A stretch of 64,000 nucleotides of DNA, from assembly GCF_001194135.2 (NCBI RefSeq), contig NC_068984.1, positions 20,101,467 through 20,165,466 of the forward strand, given 5' to 3'. The notes under the pieces are model-generated. The model ran no database searches. It was not told the origin of the DNA and worked only from the letters and a program-made list of their open reading frames with translations. Both the position numbers and the translations under genes were made by a program. The number at the start of each line of letters is the position of its first letter. Positions within the stretch are counted from its first letter, which is position 1. Of the stretch, positions 52,193 to 64,000 are shown piece after piece. This DNA is from Octopus bimaculoides. Lineage: Eukaryota.

Positions 52193-52450
52193 TCATCATC
52201 GTTTAACATCCGCTTTCCATGCTAGCATGGGTTGGACGATTTGACTGAGGACTGGTGAACCAGATGGCTACACCAGGCTCCAATCTGATTTGGCAGAGTT
52301 TCTACAGCTGGATGCCCTTCCTAATGCCAACCACTCCGAGAGTGTAGTGGGTGCTTTTACATGCCACTGGCACGAGGGCCAGTCAGGCGGTACTGGCAAC
52401 GGCCACGCTCCAAATGGTGTTTTTTACGTGCCACCTGCACAGGAGTCAGT
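52193..52450 (-). mobile_element. Family B retroposon about 50 bp from the SCFD1 63-nt exon
   Basis: Near-identical core. Confidence 0.85.
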
Positions 52451-52503
52451 CGTTCGAATATGATAACAAAAAGCTGAAGACAATAATTTAATGAAAAACT
52501 TAC

Positions 52504-52566
52504 CCAATAGTCTTGGTTCCACCACCACCATACTGAGCAGGGCCTACAGAGATCTTTGTATAGGCT
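52504..52566 (-). CDS. SCFD1: SCFD1 exon (63 nt, phase 2 to 2): (K)AYTKISVGPAQYGGGGTKTI(G)
   Basis: Acceptor ttttgtctctccaatag and donor gtaagt. Phase fits both neighbours. Corresponds to human AFTKMASAPASYGSTTTKPMG. Confidence 0.9.
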
Positions 52567-55500
52567 CTATTGGAGAGACAAAATATGTAAAGTTAGACAT
52601 GAATTTTTACAGAAGAAAAAATACTTGATAAAATAATACTGAAATAATGAATTACGGTCAAATATTAAAAATTAATCAGTTTGATTGAAAAATCAATTAT
52701 TATGAAATACAAAACATAGTACTTACTAAAAAATGAAAGTGATTTGAAAAAAAACCCCACAGATCAACTAAAGCCTAGTAAATGAAATTTGATCGATAGA
52801 ACAGTGCAGGAACCCATCTATTCTTAGGTGGAGGACTGAAGCTATCACTCAGTTAAATGCCACCACTTGGCCTTGGGTACTTTGAATGGAGTGTACTCTA
52901 TTTCAAGCATTTTAGCAGGGTTTCTGATTTTGAGGATAATTTCTTTTGGCCACTCTTAGAGGCTCTGAAAAGGATCATGCATGCTACATTTCATCCTACC
53001 CCTCTCAGAGGACCTGGAAAGGGTTATAAGGCTTTCCACTTCTAAGTCCCATAAAAAATAATAGCATATGTGGAAGTGGGTGAAATAATGTAAATAACAA
53101 AGAAATTTTTGAAAGATACAAAATTTTATTTTGAGTATCTTCTAAGAGTTAAAAAAGTAAATATACAATAGAGGCTGCATATTGTGTCTACTGTGGATGG
53201 GACAAAGCCTTTTTGGATAACAATAACTGACAAATAATGTCACTAATTTTGGAAGCAATAAGTGGTTGATAACATTAACCATGGTTATAATGAGCAGATT
53301 CCAATGTATCTCATAAATAAATGGTATTCACAACAAAAAGATGCATTCATAAGCAACAGATAGCACAGATGGCTGCAATTCATTCTAAAGGCATTGATAT
53401 CTTATTCTAATATCATCATTGTTATTTGATATTCATGTCCATGTTAGCATGGGTTTGACTATTTGATAAAAAGGAATATAAAGCAAAAGAAATGAATGAT
53501 CATGATCATGCAAGGAAAATGAACTGTGGAGGACATGTAACTATTGCAGATAAGGCATTGGACTACCAGCTTAGGAAGAATATAGTCCATCAGATTCAGT
53601 GTAGAGATTTCACTAGAGATCTGTAAGCAAGAAACTAAAAATTCTAATTTTTTCAGTTTACATATAAAGTGAATTTCTGTGTTTCATGTAATAGTTGGTT
53701 TTACTTTATTTTTTATTAATTTATTGAGAAATTTGCTGAAAGCATCGAGATGGATTTTACTATTTTAGATTTTAAAAATATGCTATTCTTTGTGTAATTT
53801 TGAGAGACATTATACTCATATCAACAATATAATCCCATAACTTCACAGCAATAGCACGTTAATGCATGGTTTCTATAAACAAAATGTTTGATTCATCTAT
53901 AATATAATTTCACTTGGAAAAAAACAGCAAATAATTACATTCTTCTTATAAATGTTTTTAAATGCCATTTTTCTTACAAACAAATGTAGGATGTTTGTTC
54001 AAATTTGAATATACTGTTTTGATATCAGTTTTTCAATGGTAGCACCAATGGGATGTTGTATTATTGGAACCTTTTAATAATTCTCATAGTAGTCAGCAAT
54101 CAAACACCCTAACATCACAGTAATGGATAATGGTGTCTCAAAGTGAATTATCTGAATCATTGATGCAAAGGTTTTCATAAAATGGATGACAATTGGCAGC
54201 CAGCCCCTCAACTGTGAAATAGTCATGGTATCTATTTTCTTTTTTGATGATTGATTGATGCTCATCCCTCACAGAGACCACAATAGCAAGAACAATATTT
54301 GGAGCTGTGGTCCCAACTTTAATTCACCACTGATTGCAACAAACCTCTGGTTTCAATATCTTTTTCTGACACTCCTTTAAAAGGGTCATATAACCCCTTG
54401 CCTAAATACAATTAAACCAAAAAATGCATAGATTATTATATAATCACCAGAAGCAGATTTCAGCTTCAGTACTCCTCTTAACTTCTGAACCAACATTCCA
54501 TCTAAATAAAACTTATCAAGGAAAAATTATGGAAGTATTCCATTATGCTATAAATAAGAGCAAACATCGTTTCATTAATTATCTAATTTCCTACGACAAT
54601 TTCTGCACTAGTGCCTCTACTAATGCAATAAGGAAATTACTATTAGAAAATTTGTTATAAGAATAAAATATTAGCAGACTAAATAACAATCACTTATGAC
54701 TTCTACATGAGCTGTATATGTGTGTGTGTTTGGATGTAAGTATCAAGAATGAAGAGATGCAGGGTAGCAGATAGGATGAAAATAAGTCTGATATTGGGCA
54801 ATTAGTGTTATGCTTGGATAGCTAATTAAATTATAATTTTCACTAATTATTAAATAATTTATTTTTGGTTTTAGTCATTGGACAGCAACCAGGCTGGGTA
54901 TCTCCTTGAATGGTTTAGTCAAACAAATTGTCCCCAGTACTTATTTTTTAAAAATCTAATACATATTCTATCAGTTTCTTTTGCTGAATCACTAAACCAT
55001 GGAGACATAAACAAACCAACAGCAGTTGTCAAGTGGTGGTTGTGGACCAACACCAATACACACATACAATCATCATTATCACCATTTTACATCTGTTCTC
55101 TTTGCTGGTATGGATTGGACAGTTTGACAGGAGATGGTGAGCCAGAGGTCTCTGCCAAGCTCCAATATCTGCTTTAACATAGTTTTTAATGCCAATCAAT
55201 TTACAGAGTGTACTTGTTTTGTATATTTATATATGCTGGTATGAGTTGGACGGTCTGACACGGAGCTGGTTAGCAGGGAGCTGTCCAGACTCCAAATGTC
55301 TGTTGTGACATGGTTTCTATGGCTGGATGCCCTTACTAATGGCAACCACTTAAAAGTGGAGTGGTTGGTGTTAGGAAGGGTATTCAGCTGTAGAAACCAG
55401 CAGCTCTCCAGCTTACCAATTTAAGTCAAACCGTCCAACCCATGCCAGCATGGAAAGCAGACACTAAATGATGATGATATATCGGTGCCACATAAAAAGT

Positions 55501-55667
55501 ACCCAGCACACACTGTTAAGTGGTTGACATTAGAAAGGGCATCCAGCCATAGAAACCATGCCACAACAGACAATTGTAGTCTGAACAGCTCCCTGCTAGC
55601 CAGCTCCATTTCAAACCATCCAACCCATGCCAGCATGGAAAGCTAATGTTAAATAATGATTATATAT

Positions 55668-55705
<38 letters not shown>

Positions 55706-58700
55706 CACGCTCAACAGGCTTCCACACAGTTTCCATCAACTAAATTCACACATAAAGCAATTGTCGGCTCCAGATTTATAGTAGAAGACACTTGCCTAAG
55801 AAGCCATGCAGTGGAACTGAACCTGAAATCACATGGTTACAATGCAGCCATTTCCTTCAATAGTCAGCAACCAAAGTTTAGTTGGGGGCAGCCATGCCAA
55901 ACAAGGCTGAAACTTACACAGGTGTTGGGGTGGGGGATATATGTTTTCAAGTCTTTGTCAGAATTCAGAAATGTCTTTAACACATCACACTATTTCAGGA
56001 GACAGTATTATAAGCATTATAAATACACAAGCATGTACTGACATGTTTTAAAGTACAAGGCTGAATATCATACAATCCATAAGGCCAGTGGGGGACCATA
56101 AAAGATTTTAATGTTCAAGTAGTGATTACAAAGAATCTACACTCATTGCCTTCACGTGAATCATTGGCAGGTTTAAAACTGGTAAAAAAAAAAGCTAACA
56201 AAAATTAATCTGAGCAAATAAGGGAGCCTCTATTAAGATGATCAATCCACTAGAAATAGCAAGAAATCTTCACTCAAGTCACTCCCTACTGTCTTTAAAA
56301 CAAAAGGCATCTTGGTAAGTGTGTAGATGAAGATCTGGCATGAATATTTATGTGTATGCGTGTATGTGTATACACACATACATCATCATTGTTTTAACAT
56401 CCACATTTTCCATATTTGCATGACAGAGTTTATTGAGGAAGATTTTCTACAGATGGATGCCCTTCCTATCACCAACCCTCATCCGTTTCCAAGCAAGGTA
56501 ATATTTAACCATGGCCAGACATGCTTTCACAGAATACTAGAAATGAATGACTGCTTGTGTGATGGTGAGACATCACATGATGTCAAAAGAAGCATTCACA
56601 CATATACTGCAAGGTTTTTTCATTTTCCATCTACCAAATTCATTCAAAAGGCTTTGGTCAGTCTAGGGCTATGATGGAAGACACTTGCCCAAGGTTCCAT
56701 GCAGTGAACCTGGAATCATGTGGTTGGTAAGCCAACTTCTTATCCATACTGCAGTCATGCATATGAGTGGTGTGTGTGTCTGTGTGTGTGTGTGTGTGTG
56801 TGTGCGCAAAAAAATATCAGTAACATTATTTCAGCATATGCTTTTGCTTTTCCATGCTTGCATGGCTCAGACAAAATTTGGTGGCAGATTTTTTTTCAAC
56901 AGCCAGTTGCTCTTCTCATCACCAACCTTCACCTGTTTTCAAGCAAGTAGATTTTTCTCCTAGCTCTTCAAATATGAACAGCACAATAACCAAACATGTT
57001 TTCATGGAAGATTGCAAACAAATGCTTGCATAATGATGTTTGTTTACAATTACCATGCAATATCAACACAAGGAGACATCAACACACACATATATATGTG
57101 TGTGTATGTATGCAGGACAAGCCTTTTATAGTTCCTGTTTTGCCAAGTCCACTCATAAACCTATGATTGGCCCAGAGCTATAGAAGACAATTGCCCAAGA
57201 TGCTGTACAGTAGGACTGAACCCCAAACCATTAGGCTGTGAAACTAACTTCTTAGCCATACAGCTACATGTGTGTGTGTGCGTGGCAATACACTTACACA
57301 CACGAATATATATATATATATATACACACACACAAACACACACACAAACAAACATATGTGTACATTTATGTCTATATGTATGTGTAGAGATGCATTTGTA
57401 TATATACATGGAATTCGGTTTATTCTTGTGTTTATATCTGTAAATACATACATATATACACACACAGACGTGTGTGTGTGTGTGTGTGTGTGTGTACATA
57501 TATGTATTTTATGTGAATACCTATGTTCATGTATGCATGTATGTATATAATTATACAAAACTGGCCTAATACAAAATTATCTTATTTGAACCTCACCAAC
57601 CAACACCCACCCCACCACCTGACCTTACCTTACCCACACTACCACTATTTGGCTTCTCTCAGATGCACCACTCCCACTAGAAAAGTCACAGTGACCTATG
57701 TCTGCATCACTGCATACACACACACACACGCATACACACTTAGTCTGCCATGCTAATCTACTCCTTACACGACCAACGAAATCATATGTGGATTTATTAC
57801 ATAGCATCAATGTGAAAAGATAAGTTTAATTCCTTCCAAAAATGTGTTGGCACATGTTTGCCAATGTATAAAGCAGTGCACTCAATATGGCAACAATTCA
57901 TTTTTTTGTGTAAAACTGTTTTGTTCTCTGGAGCATAGAGTGATCTAAATGTGTCTACAGAGAAACTTGGCTCCTTCACACTTAACAAGAGGGACTTAGT
58001 ATAAAACTTGTCATCGCTGTTTAAAATAGGTGACAGCTCTGAAGAAGAGGACAATGCAGTTTGCTCCTCTTTATTTTTTTAAGAAGCTAGTTACCCTGCT
58101 GTCACCATAGACGTCATCATTCCATTGAAATACTCCCCCCCCCCGCGCTAATTGTGTGGGGGGAGGGATTGTAGAATATGTGTAAAGGAAAACATTAACT
58201 TAAAGGAGAAACAAATTAATGCACTAAAATATTATAATCTTTTTTCCTTTTACTTGCTTCAGTGATTGGATTGCAGCCTTGAAGGGTTTAGTCAAACAAA
58301 TTGACTCCAGTACTTCGTTTTGTAGTGTGCTACTTATTCCATCAGTCTCTTTCACTAATCCCTGAGTTATAAGGATGTAAACAAACCAACACCAGTTGTC
58401 AAGCAGTGAAGGGAACACAAAAACACACACACACACAATGGACTTCCACACAGTTTCCATCTATCAAATCCACTCACAAGGTATTTATCAGCCTTGGGCT
58501 ATGGTAGAAGACACTTGTCCAAGGTGTCACACAGTGGAACTGAACCCAAAACTGTATGGTTACAAAGCATGCTTTTTAACCATACTGTTATGCCAGCACC
58601 ATAAAAGGTGATTTTCTAAAATCTTTGGTCATAAGAAATGAAAATCAATATATAAAAAAGAAGCTAAATGCCTGACAGTGTTTTGTCTTCTATCTCAACT

Positions 58701-59340
58701 TTCAGAATTCAAATCAACCTTGGTTTGACTTTGTCATCTGTCTGGGAACCATAAAACAACTGCAAGTACCTTTAGTTGCTTATATACACTTCCCAGTAAC
58801 AATTGCTCTCATGCCTTACCAGAAGAAATCAATATTTATAAACATATATAACAACTATATATCATTTAATGACAGAAGACTCAGAAAATAATATTTTGAT
58901 TATGTAAAATGTAATAGAGAGGAGCATAACATTTTATAAATCAGTTTGTTTTTTTAGGAATTACAGTCAGGATATAAAAGATGTGGTTTAAATATAATTT
59001 TCCCTTATTTTTGCAGCAGTTGGGTGATTCCAAGCTAAACTGACATAAAATCATTTCTCAAAAGCATGTTAGATTTGAACAAGTCTCTTCCTTATTTTTT
59101 TCTTGTCGGCCCTATTGCTACTTCTTTCTTTCTTCTCAGTCCTAATGCTGCTTATTTCACTTAACTTTGCAATACTGACATGGCATCATCAATAATGTAG
59201 CCAGCAGAGCAGAAAGTTCAACTATGGAGTAACAATGTATAACATGAAATTGCTGTCATAAGCTGCATACAGTACAAGTATTCTTAATTCGTTTATCTTT
59301 TTATGGTTTTTTGATCGGTCAAAACTGGTATTTTGAATAT

Positions 59341-59727
59341 ACTCTTTTACTTGTTTCAGTCATTTGACTATGACCATGCTGGAGCACTGCCTTTAGTTGA
59401 GCAAATCAACCCCAGGACATTCTTTGCAAGCCTAGTACTTGTTTTAACGGTTTCTTTTGCTGAACCGCTAAGTTATGGGAATGTAAACGCACCACCATCG
59501 GTTGTCAAGCGATGTTGGGGGGACAAACACTGGCACACACATACACACACATACATACATATATACGACAGGCTTCTTTCAGTTTCCGTCTACCAAATCC
59601 ACTCACAAGGCTTTGGTCGACCCGAGGCTATAGTAGAAAACACTTGCCCAAGGTGCCATGCAGTGGGACTGAACCCAGAACCATGTGATTGGTAAGCAAG
59701 CTACTTACCACACAGCCACTCCTGCGC
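59341..59727 (-). mobile_element. Near full-length family A SINE (best-preserved copy)
   Basis: Head gcgcaggagtggctgtgtggtaag, B-box-like ggttcagtccc, central CA/TA microsatellite. Many other copies, e.g. 11800-12300, 12765-13110, 19690-20075, 23008-23160, 37325-37600, 58240-58600. Confidence 0.85.
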
Positions 59728-60959
59728 AGTGCAATAATAAAGCTATTATTTCTTCAAAACTAGATTTTATATATAAAAAATAATAATAATTCCACTGGAA
59801 ATAAAGATAGCAAAACTTCTTTAAAAAAAAAATTCTACAAAAAAGACCAAACTAGAATTTTAGTCTGTTAAAAGAAGGCAAATTTAGATGACAGTCCTGC
59901 TGTGAATGCACTATCTTATCTTTTAGCAAGTATTTTTTTTTATATATATATAAAATGGCAATGCTCGAGCATAGCCTCATCCTCCAGCTGGAACCAGAAA
60001 AAGATAAAGGATATTGTGAAAGAAGTTTGCTTCCAAATTACATGGATTTAGGTTCAGTCCATGTGCAAGTACCTTATGCTATAGCCCCAGACCAACCAAA
60101 GCCTTGTGAGTAGCTTTGGTAGGCAAAAACTAAAAGAAGCCTGTCGTGTGCGTGCGTCTCTCTCTCTCCTTCTTTTGACATTGCATGATTGTTGTAAATG
60201 AATGTCATTCATTTCCTATATTCAGCAAAAACATGCCTAGCCATGGGGAAATATTACCTTATTTGGAAACAGGTAAGAGTTAGTGACAGGAAGGGCATCT
60301 GGTCATAGAAAATCTGCCTCAAGCTTTGTCTGGCCCAAGTGATGATGGCAATTTCACATCACGTCCACGTTTTTTTTTTTGTTTGTTTCTAAGCTAACAA
60401 TGTTTAAGAAATACATAGAATCAGATAAGACTCTTTCACAAACTTGTATCACCTTAAAAAAGAAAAGTAAAAATCTAGGCCTTGTAGACCACCACTAACC
60501 CTAATGAACAGCCTCAATTTTGATGACATTAATAAGGCCAAAATTATATAATTAACAAATGAACTACCTGAAAGTAAAAGAAATAATCTTTCACGCTCAG
60601 AATTGCTGAACTAAGGAATAAACTACTAGCTGTCGAAACACTACATCCTTTAAAACTTCCATGCTTCCTGAAATTTGCCAACAGTACCCCTAGTGCCCCA
60701 CCACACATTTCTTCTTCCCCCACCTCTTTTTTTCAGAGACTTTTTCAAAGTTCCTGTGCATATTCTATGTATTGTTCATGCAATTTTGGTTACTTTTCCT
60801 GATGAGTTGCAGTGCACCTGAGCACTGTATACAATAAAGACATTAGATTAAATTTAATTGTTATATCACCTGCTTTTAAGATCGGCTATTCCAGATGTAA
60901 TAATAAAACAAAAGTTGATATTTTTTTTTTTTTTTTTTTTTTAAAAAGGTACTACTTAC

Positions 60960-61039
60960 TTCCATCTGCGGATATACTGAATTGGTGAAATATCAAGGTT
61001 GCTGGCTTTAAAAGCCATACAATACTGGTCCAGTTCGGC
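60960..61039 (-). CDS. SCFD1: SCFD1/Sly1 internal exon (80 nt, phase 0 to 2): AELDQYCMAFKASNLDISPIQYIRRW(K)
   Basis: Acceptor ttttatgtttcag and donor gtaagt on the minus strand. Aligns by eye with human SCFD1 ADLEQYKKALTDAGCNLNPLQYIKQWK. Confidence 0.93.
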
Positions 61040-64000
61040 CTGAAACATAAAATGTAGCGAAATTTCACTTAAAGATAAAATGGTTTTAAAATATTTCTTA
61101 AAATACACATAAGAAAAAGGATTTAAGCTAATATGGATTATCCATAAGAATTGTAATGAGCACCAATGATTATTACTATTATAATTATTAAATGGTCTAT
61201 GAGATTAAGAGCTGTGGAATAAAATGTTTTGCAATATCTATTCTGGCTCCTGACATTCTGAGTTCAATCCCAATTGGGTTAACTTTGCCCTTTATCTTTT
61301 CAGAGTCAAAATAATGTACTGGGATTGATACAACTAATTAACCCACTCCACAACAATTTTCAGGCCTTGTGTCTATGTTATAAATAATTACTAAACAGTG
61401 TGCAGAAACAATGGGAACATCTGTACACCTTTAATTTAAAGCTAAACAACAACTAAATCACAATTGCAGCATGGAAGATGTTTGTAAGCCATTCAATAAC
61501 ACTCAAAAACCGTTAGCTTCACTTCAACATTTGAATTTCATTTATGTCAAAATGAAATCCTCCAATAAAACTCTTTTAAAAGAAATACTCCCTTTCAAGG
61601 TCTGATCATGAGATATATCATGGCAGCAATTATGAGCATTAAATAAATGCATAAAATTAAAAGGTTAAAAATCATATAAAGTCTACTTGATTTAACTTGG
61701 TATAAAAGCCATGTTTCTATAGAGTAGACTGGGAGTAGAGTTGTATGTATGTCAAAAAATGTAGAATATTGCAGCTAAATGGTCTCCTATTAGCAAATAC
61801 ACTAGTATTCACTTCGTAACATCCATCAGATGCCAAAGACTTTTTGTGGTACTAGCATGCATATTTACTGAAGTAAAGTCAACAACTAGAGCTTGGTGAT
61901 TGGCAACTGGCCAGGGATTACTATGGAAGAAAGCAAAAGTGTTGGAAACTTTGGTTACAAACCAAAACAGAAACAGGATGTTACGTCAGAACATACAGGT
62001 AAGTGAGTAGACACAGTTGAAACAGACTTAGACGCACACACAAAAAAAAGTTGGAGAGACAGGGACAGGTAAAGCTTTCTTCCCCAGTAGTACAAGTAAA
62101 CAAACTTTTTTTAATGGAAATTGTTACAGGAATTTAATCAAAATACCAGAGAAAGAGAACAAAAATGGCAGTCAGACAGATATACAATTGTAGTTCAAAT
62201 AAATAAATAAGGATGCCTCTACATGGTCACTCAACTTGCAATAAATACCAACCAAATTTCCCTCAAATTATATCCTACAGACAAAATATATATATATATA
62301 TATATATATAGATGTAAGAGGTGATGACTGAAATCCTTCAAAGAGATTTCAAAAAACCAAGTCCGCCAATACAGTCCAAGTAAAGAATATATATGAAAAT
62401 ATATATTCAGTATTTGCAAAAGCAGTAAATGAAGTATAAGGAAATCTTTAATTCAATTCATAATCCAAGTTGGTACAGAACCAATATACATTCTACAAAT
62501 TGTTTCAGAGTCTAATTAATTCCAAAGACAAAAAACTCTTCATGAAATAAAAATTAGATTCTTCGTCAGGAATTACATATATATATGTAAAATATAGTAT
62601 AATTATAAACAAGGCAAATTTTAGCCATTTCTCTGCAGACTGAAAAAATGAACAGCCTTAATCGATTTTCAAACCTTATTGGGTTCTCATCAGAGGTTTC
62701 TACATCATTCTGACAGTCTCCAGAGAAACAAACAGCCCAACTACTGTTTATATACTCAACAAATGCAGCAGTTACTCTATGAAGGAATCCCTAATTTGCA
62801 TACCGAAAGTGTTTAACACTATAAATACCAGTGGCCTGTCAACGGGGATCTTAGTTCACACAGTATCAAGATATGATATCATACATATGTAACATATGGT
62901 ATAATTATAAACAGGGCAAATTTTAGCTATTTCTCCACAGACAGTACAATGTAGTCTGTAATAATCTATGCTTGGAAAGACAAGCTGGTTATGACTAGAA
63001 TGTCTGATCAAAAGTCTTCTGGTTCCGAGTTGACCTAGAGCTAAATAACAACAAGTGGATAATAAAAATAAAAACACAGTAAATCTTCAGTCCTTAGATC
63101 TAAAATGAAAAAGGCCAAGAATATTATTACAATGGAGATAAAGAATTAGATTTTAATCCAAACTCAATCATTACTTGATATGAGTATAAATTGAAACATT
63201 ATCTTTTAAACTACAGTAAGAAACAATCTTGTTCTGAAAATATTCCAGATACTCACAGTATGAGTTTAATTTGTTTCATGACCAAGCTTGTCCTATGATT
63301 TACTCAGTTTACAAATCAATTCTCCCCATTGAAATTAACTAAAATATAATTAATCCGTTCCAGCCCCACCAAAAACCAATCAAAAGTAATTTTTTATAGG
63401 TTTTAAAACAGAAAAGGTGTAGTTACAAGTAAAATGACAATTATAAAAAAGGGAATGCAAAAGAAATACATAAACTGGTTTTATTAACTGAATTACCTTA
63501 AAGATGGGATGGTTTGTGTGCTTGTACTGTGGATTTCTGCTCATACTTCAAGACAAAAATTCGCACGGGTCTCGGCTCGTACAGCAAATTATTCATACAA
63601 TGGGGCCCTCATACTGTGAGATTCTATTGTACTTTGAAATTGCAATGTTTCAGACCCTAGGTCTGTTCAATCATGGGCCAATGTGGGGCTATACAACAAC
63701 TCTATTTCTAATACCTGATACATGTGATTAAAAAATTAAACAAAAGTGCCAAACTATCATTAATAACTTTATGATTAAAACAAAAACCTACATTTGTGAG
63801 ATTCATGGAAAATATGCCAATGGTTAAACAACAATGGCCAAAAGACTTAACTATGTATGATATATTTTGTAGCTAGCAGAAAGAATGTAAATAGTAATAA
63901 TAATAATAATAATGGTTTCAAATTTTGCCACAAAGGCAGCCATTTGGAGGAGGGTACTAGTCGATTGCATCAACCCCAGTGTTTCACTTGTACTTAATTT

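Noticed and set aside
57797-58054. 85-aa minus-strand ORF
   Set aside because: No recognisable motif or splice signals, and the SCFD1 exon chain is already complete across this intron.
62600-62680. ENRLRLFIF on the minus strand as the next upstream SCFD1 exon (EDKMRLFLIYY)
   Set aside because: No suitable splice sites, and it overlaps a local direct repeat. The true exon probably lies beyond 64000.

Overview
AT-rich, repeat-saturated eukaryotic genomic DNA. The repeat repertoire (tRNA-derived SINEs with central microsatellites, (GAT)n-tailed retroposons, maT/mariner relics) and short N-gaps beside microsatellites suggest an octopus short-read assembly; the species is an inference. Most ORFs in the supplied track are microsatellite or repeat artefacts, and the real genes had to be rebuilt from splice sites. 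(1) Minus strand: the last eight coding exons of SCFD1/Sly1 (Sec1/Munc18 family), from 61039 down to a TGA at 27424-27426. They join in phase through canonical GT-AG introns into 176 aa that closely match the vertebrate SCFD1 C-terminus. The earlier exons lie beyond the window. (2) Plus strand: a probable convergent gene that I cannot name, with a promoter and 5' exon near 70-188 and a chain of phase-compatible open exons at 14248-17646. Its ends are unresolved. The rest is nested transposon debris: Gypsy, RTE, Tx1-like, maT, mariner, hAT, piggyBac-like and Merlin-like MITEs, and several SINE families. I found no convincing novel multi-gene system. The best leads are the unnamed plus-strand gene, a multiply palindromic Merlin-like MITE with a telomere-like hairpin, an apparent templated local insertion, and a possible head-to-head overlap at the window start.
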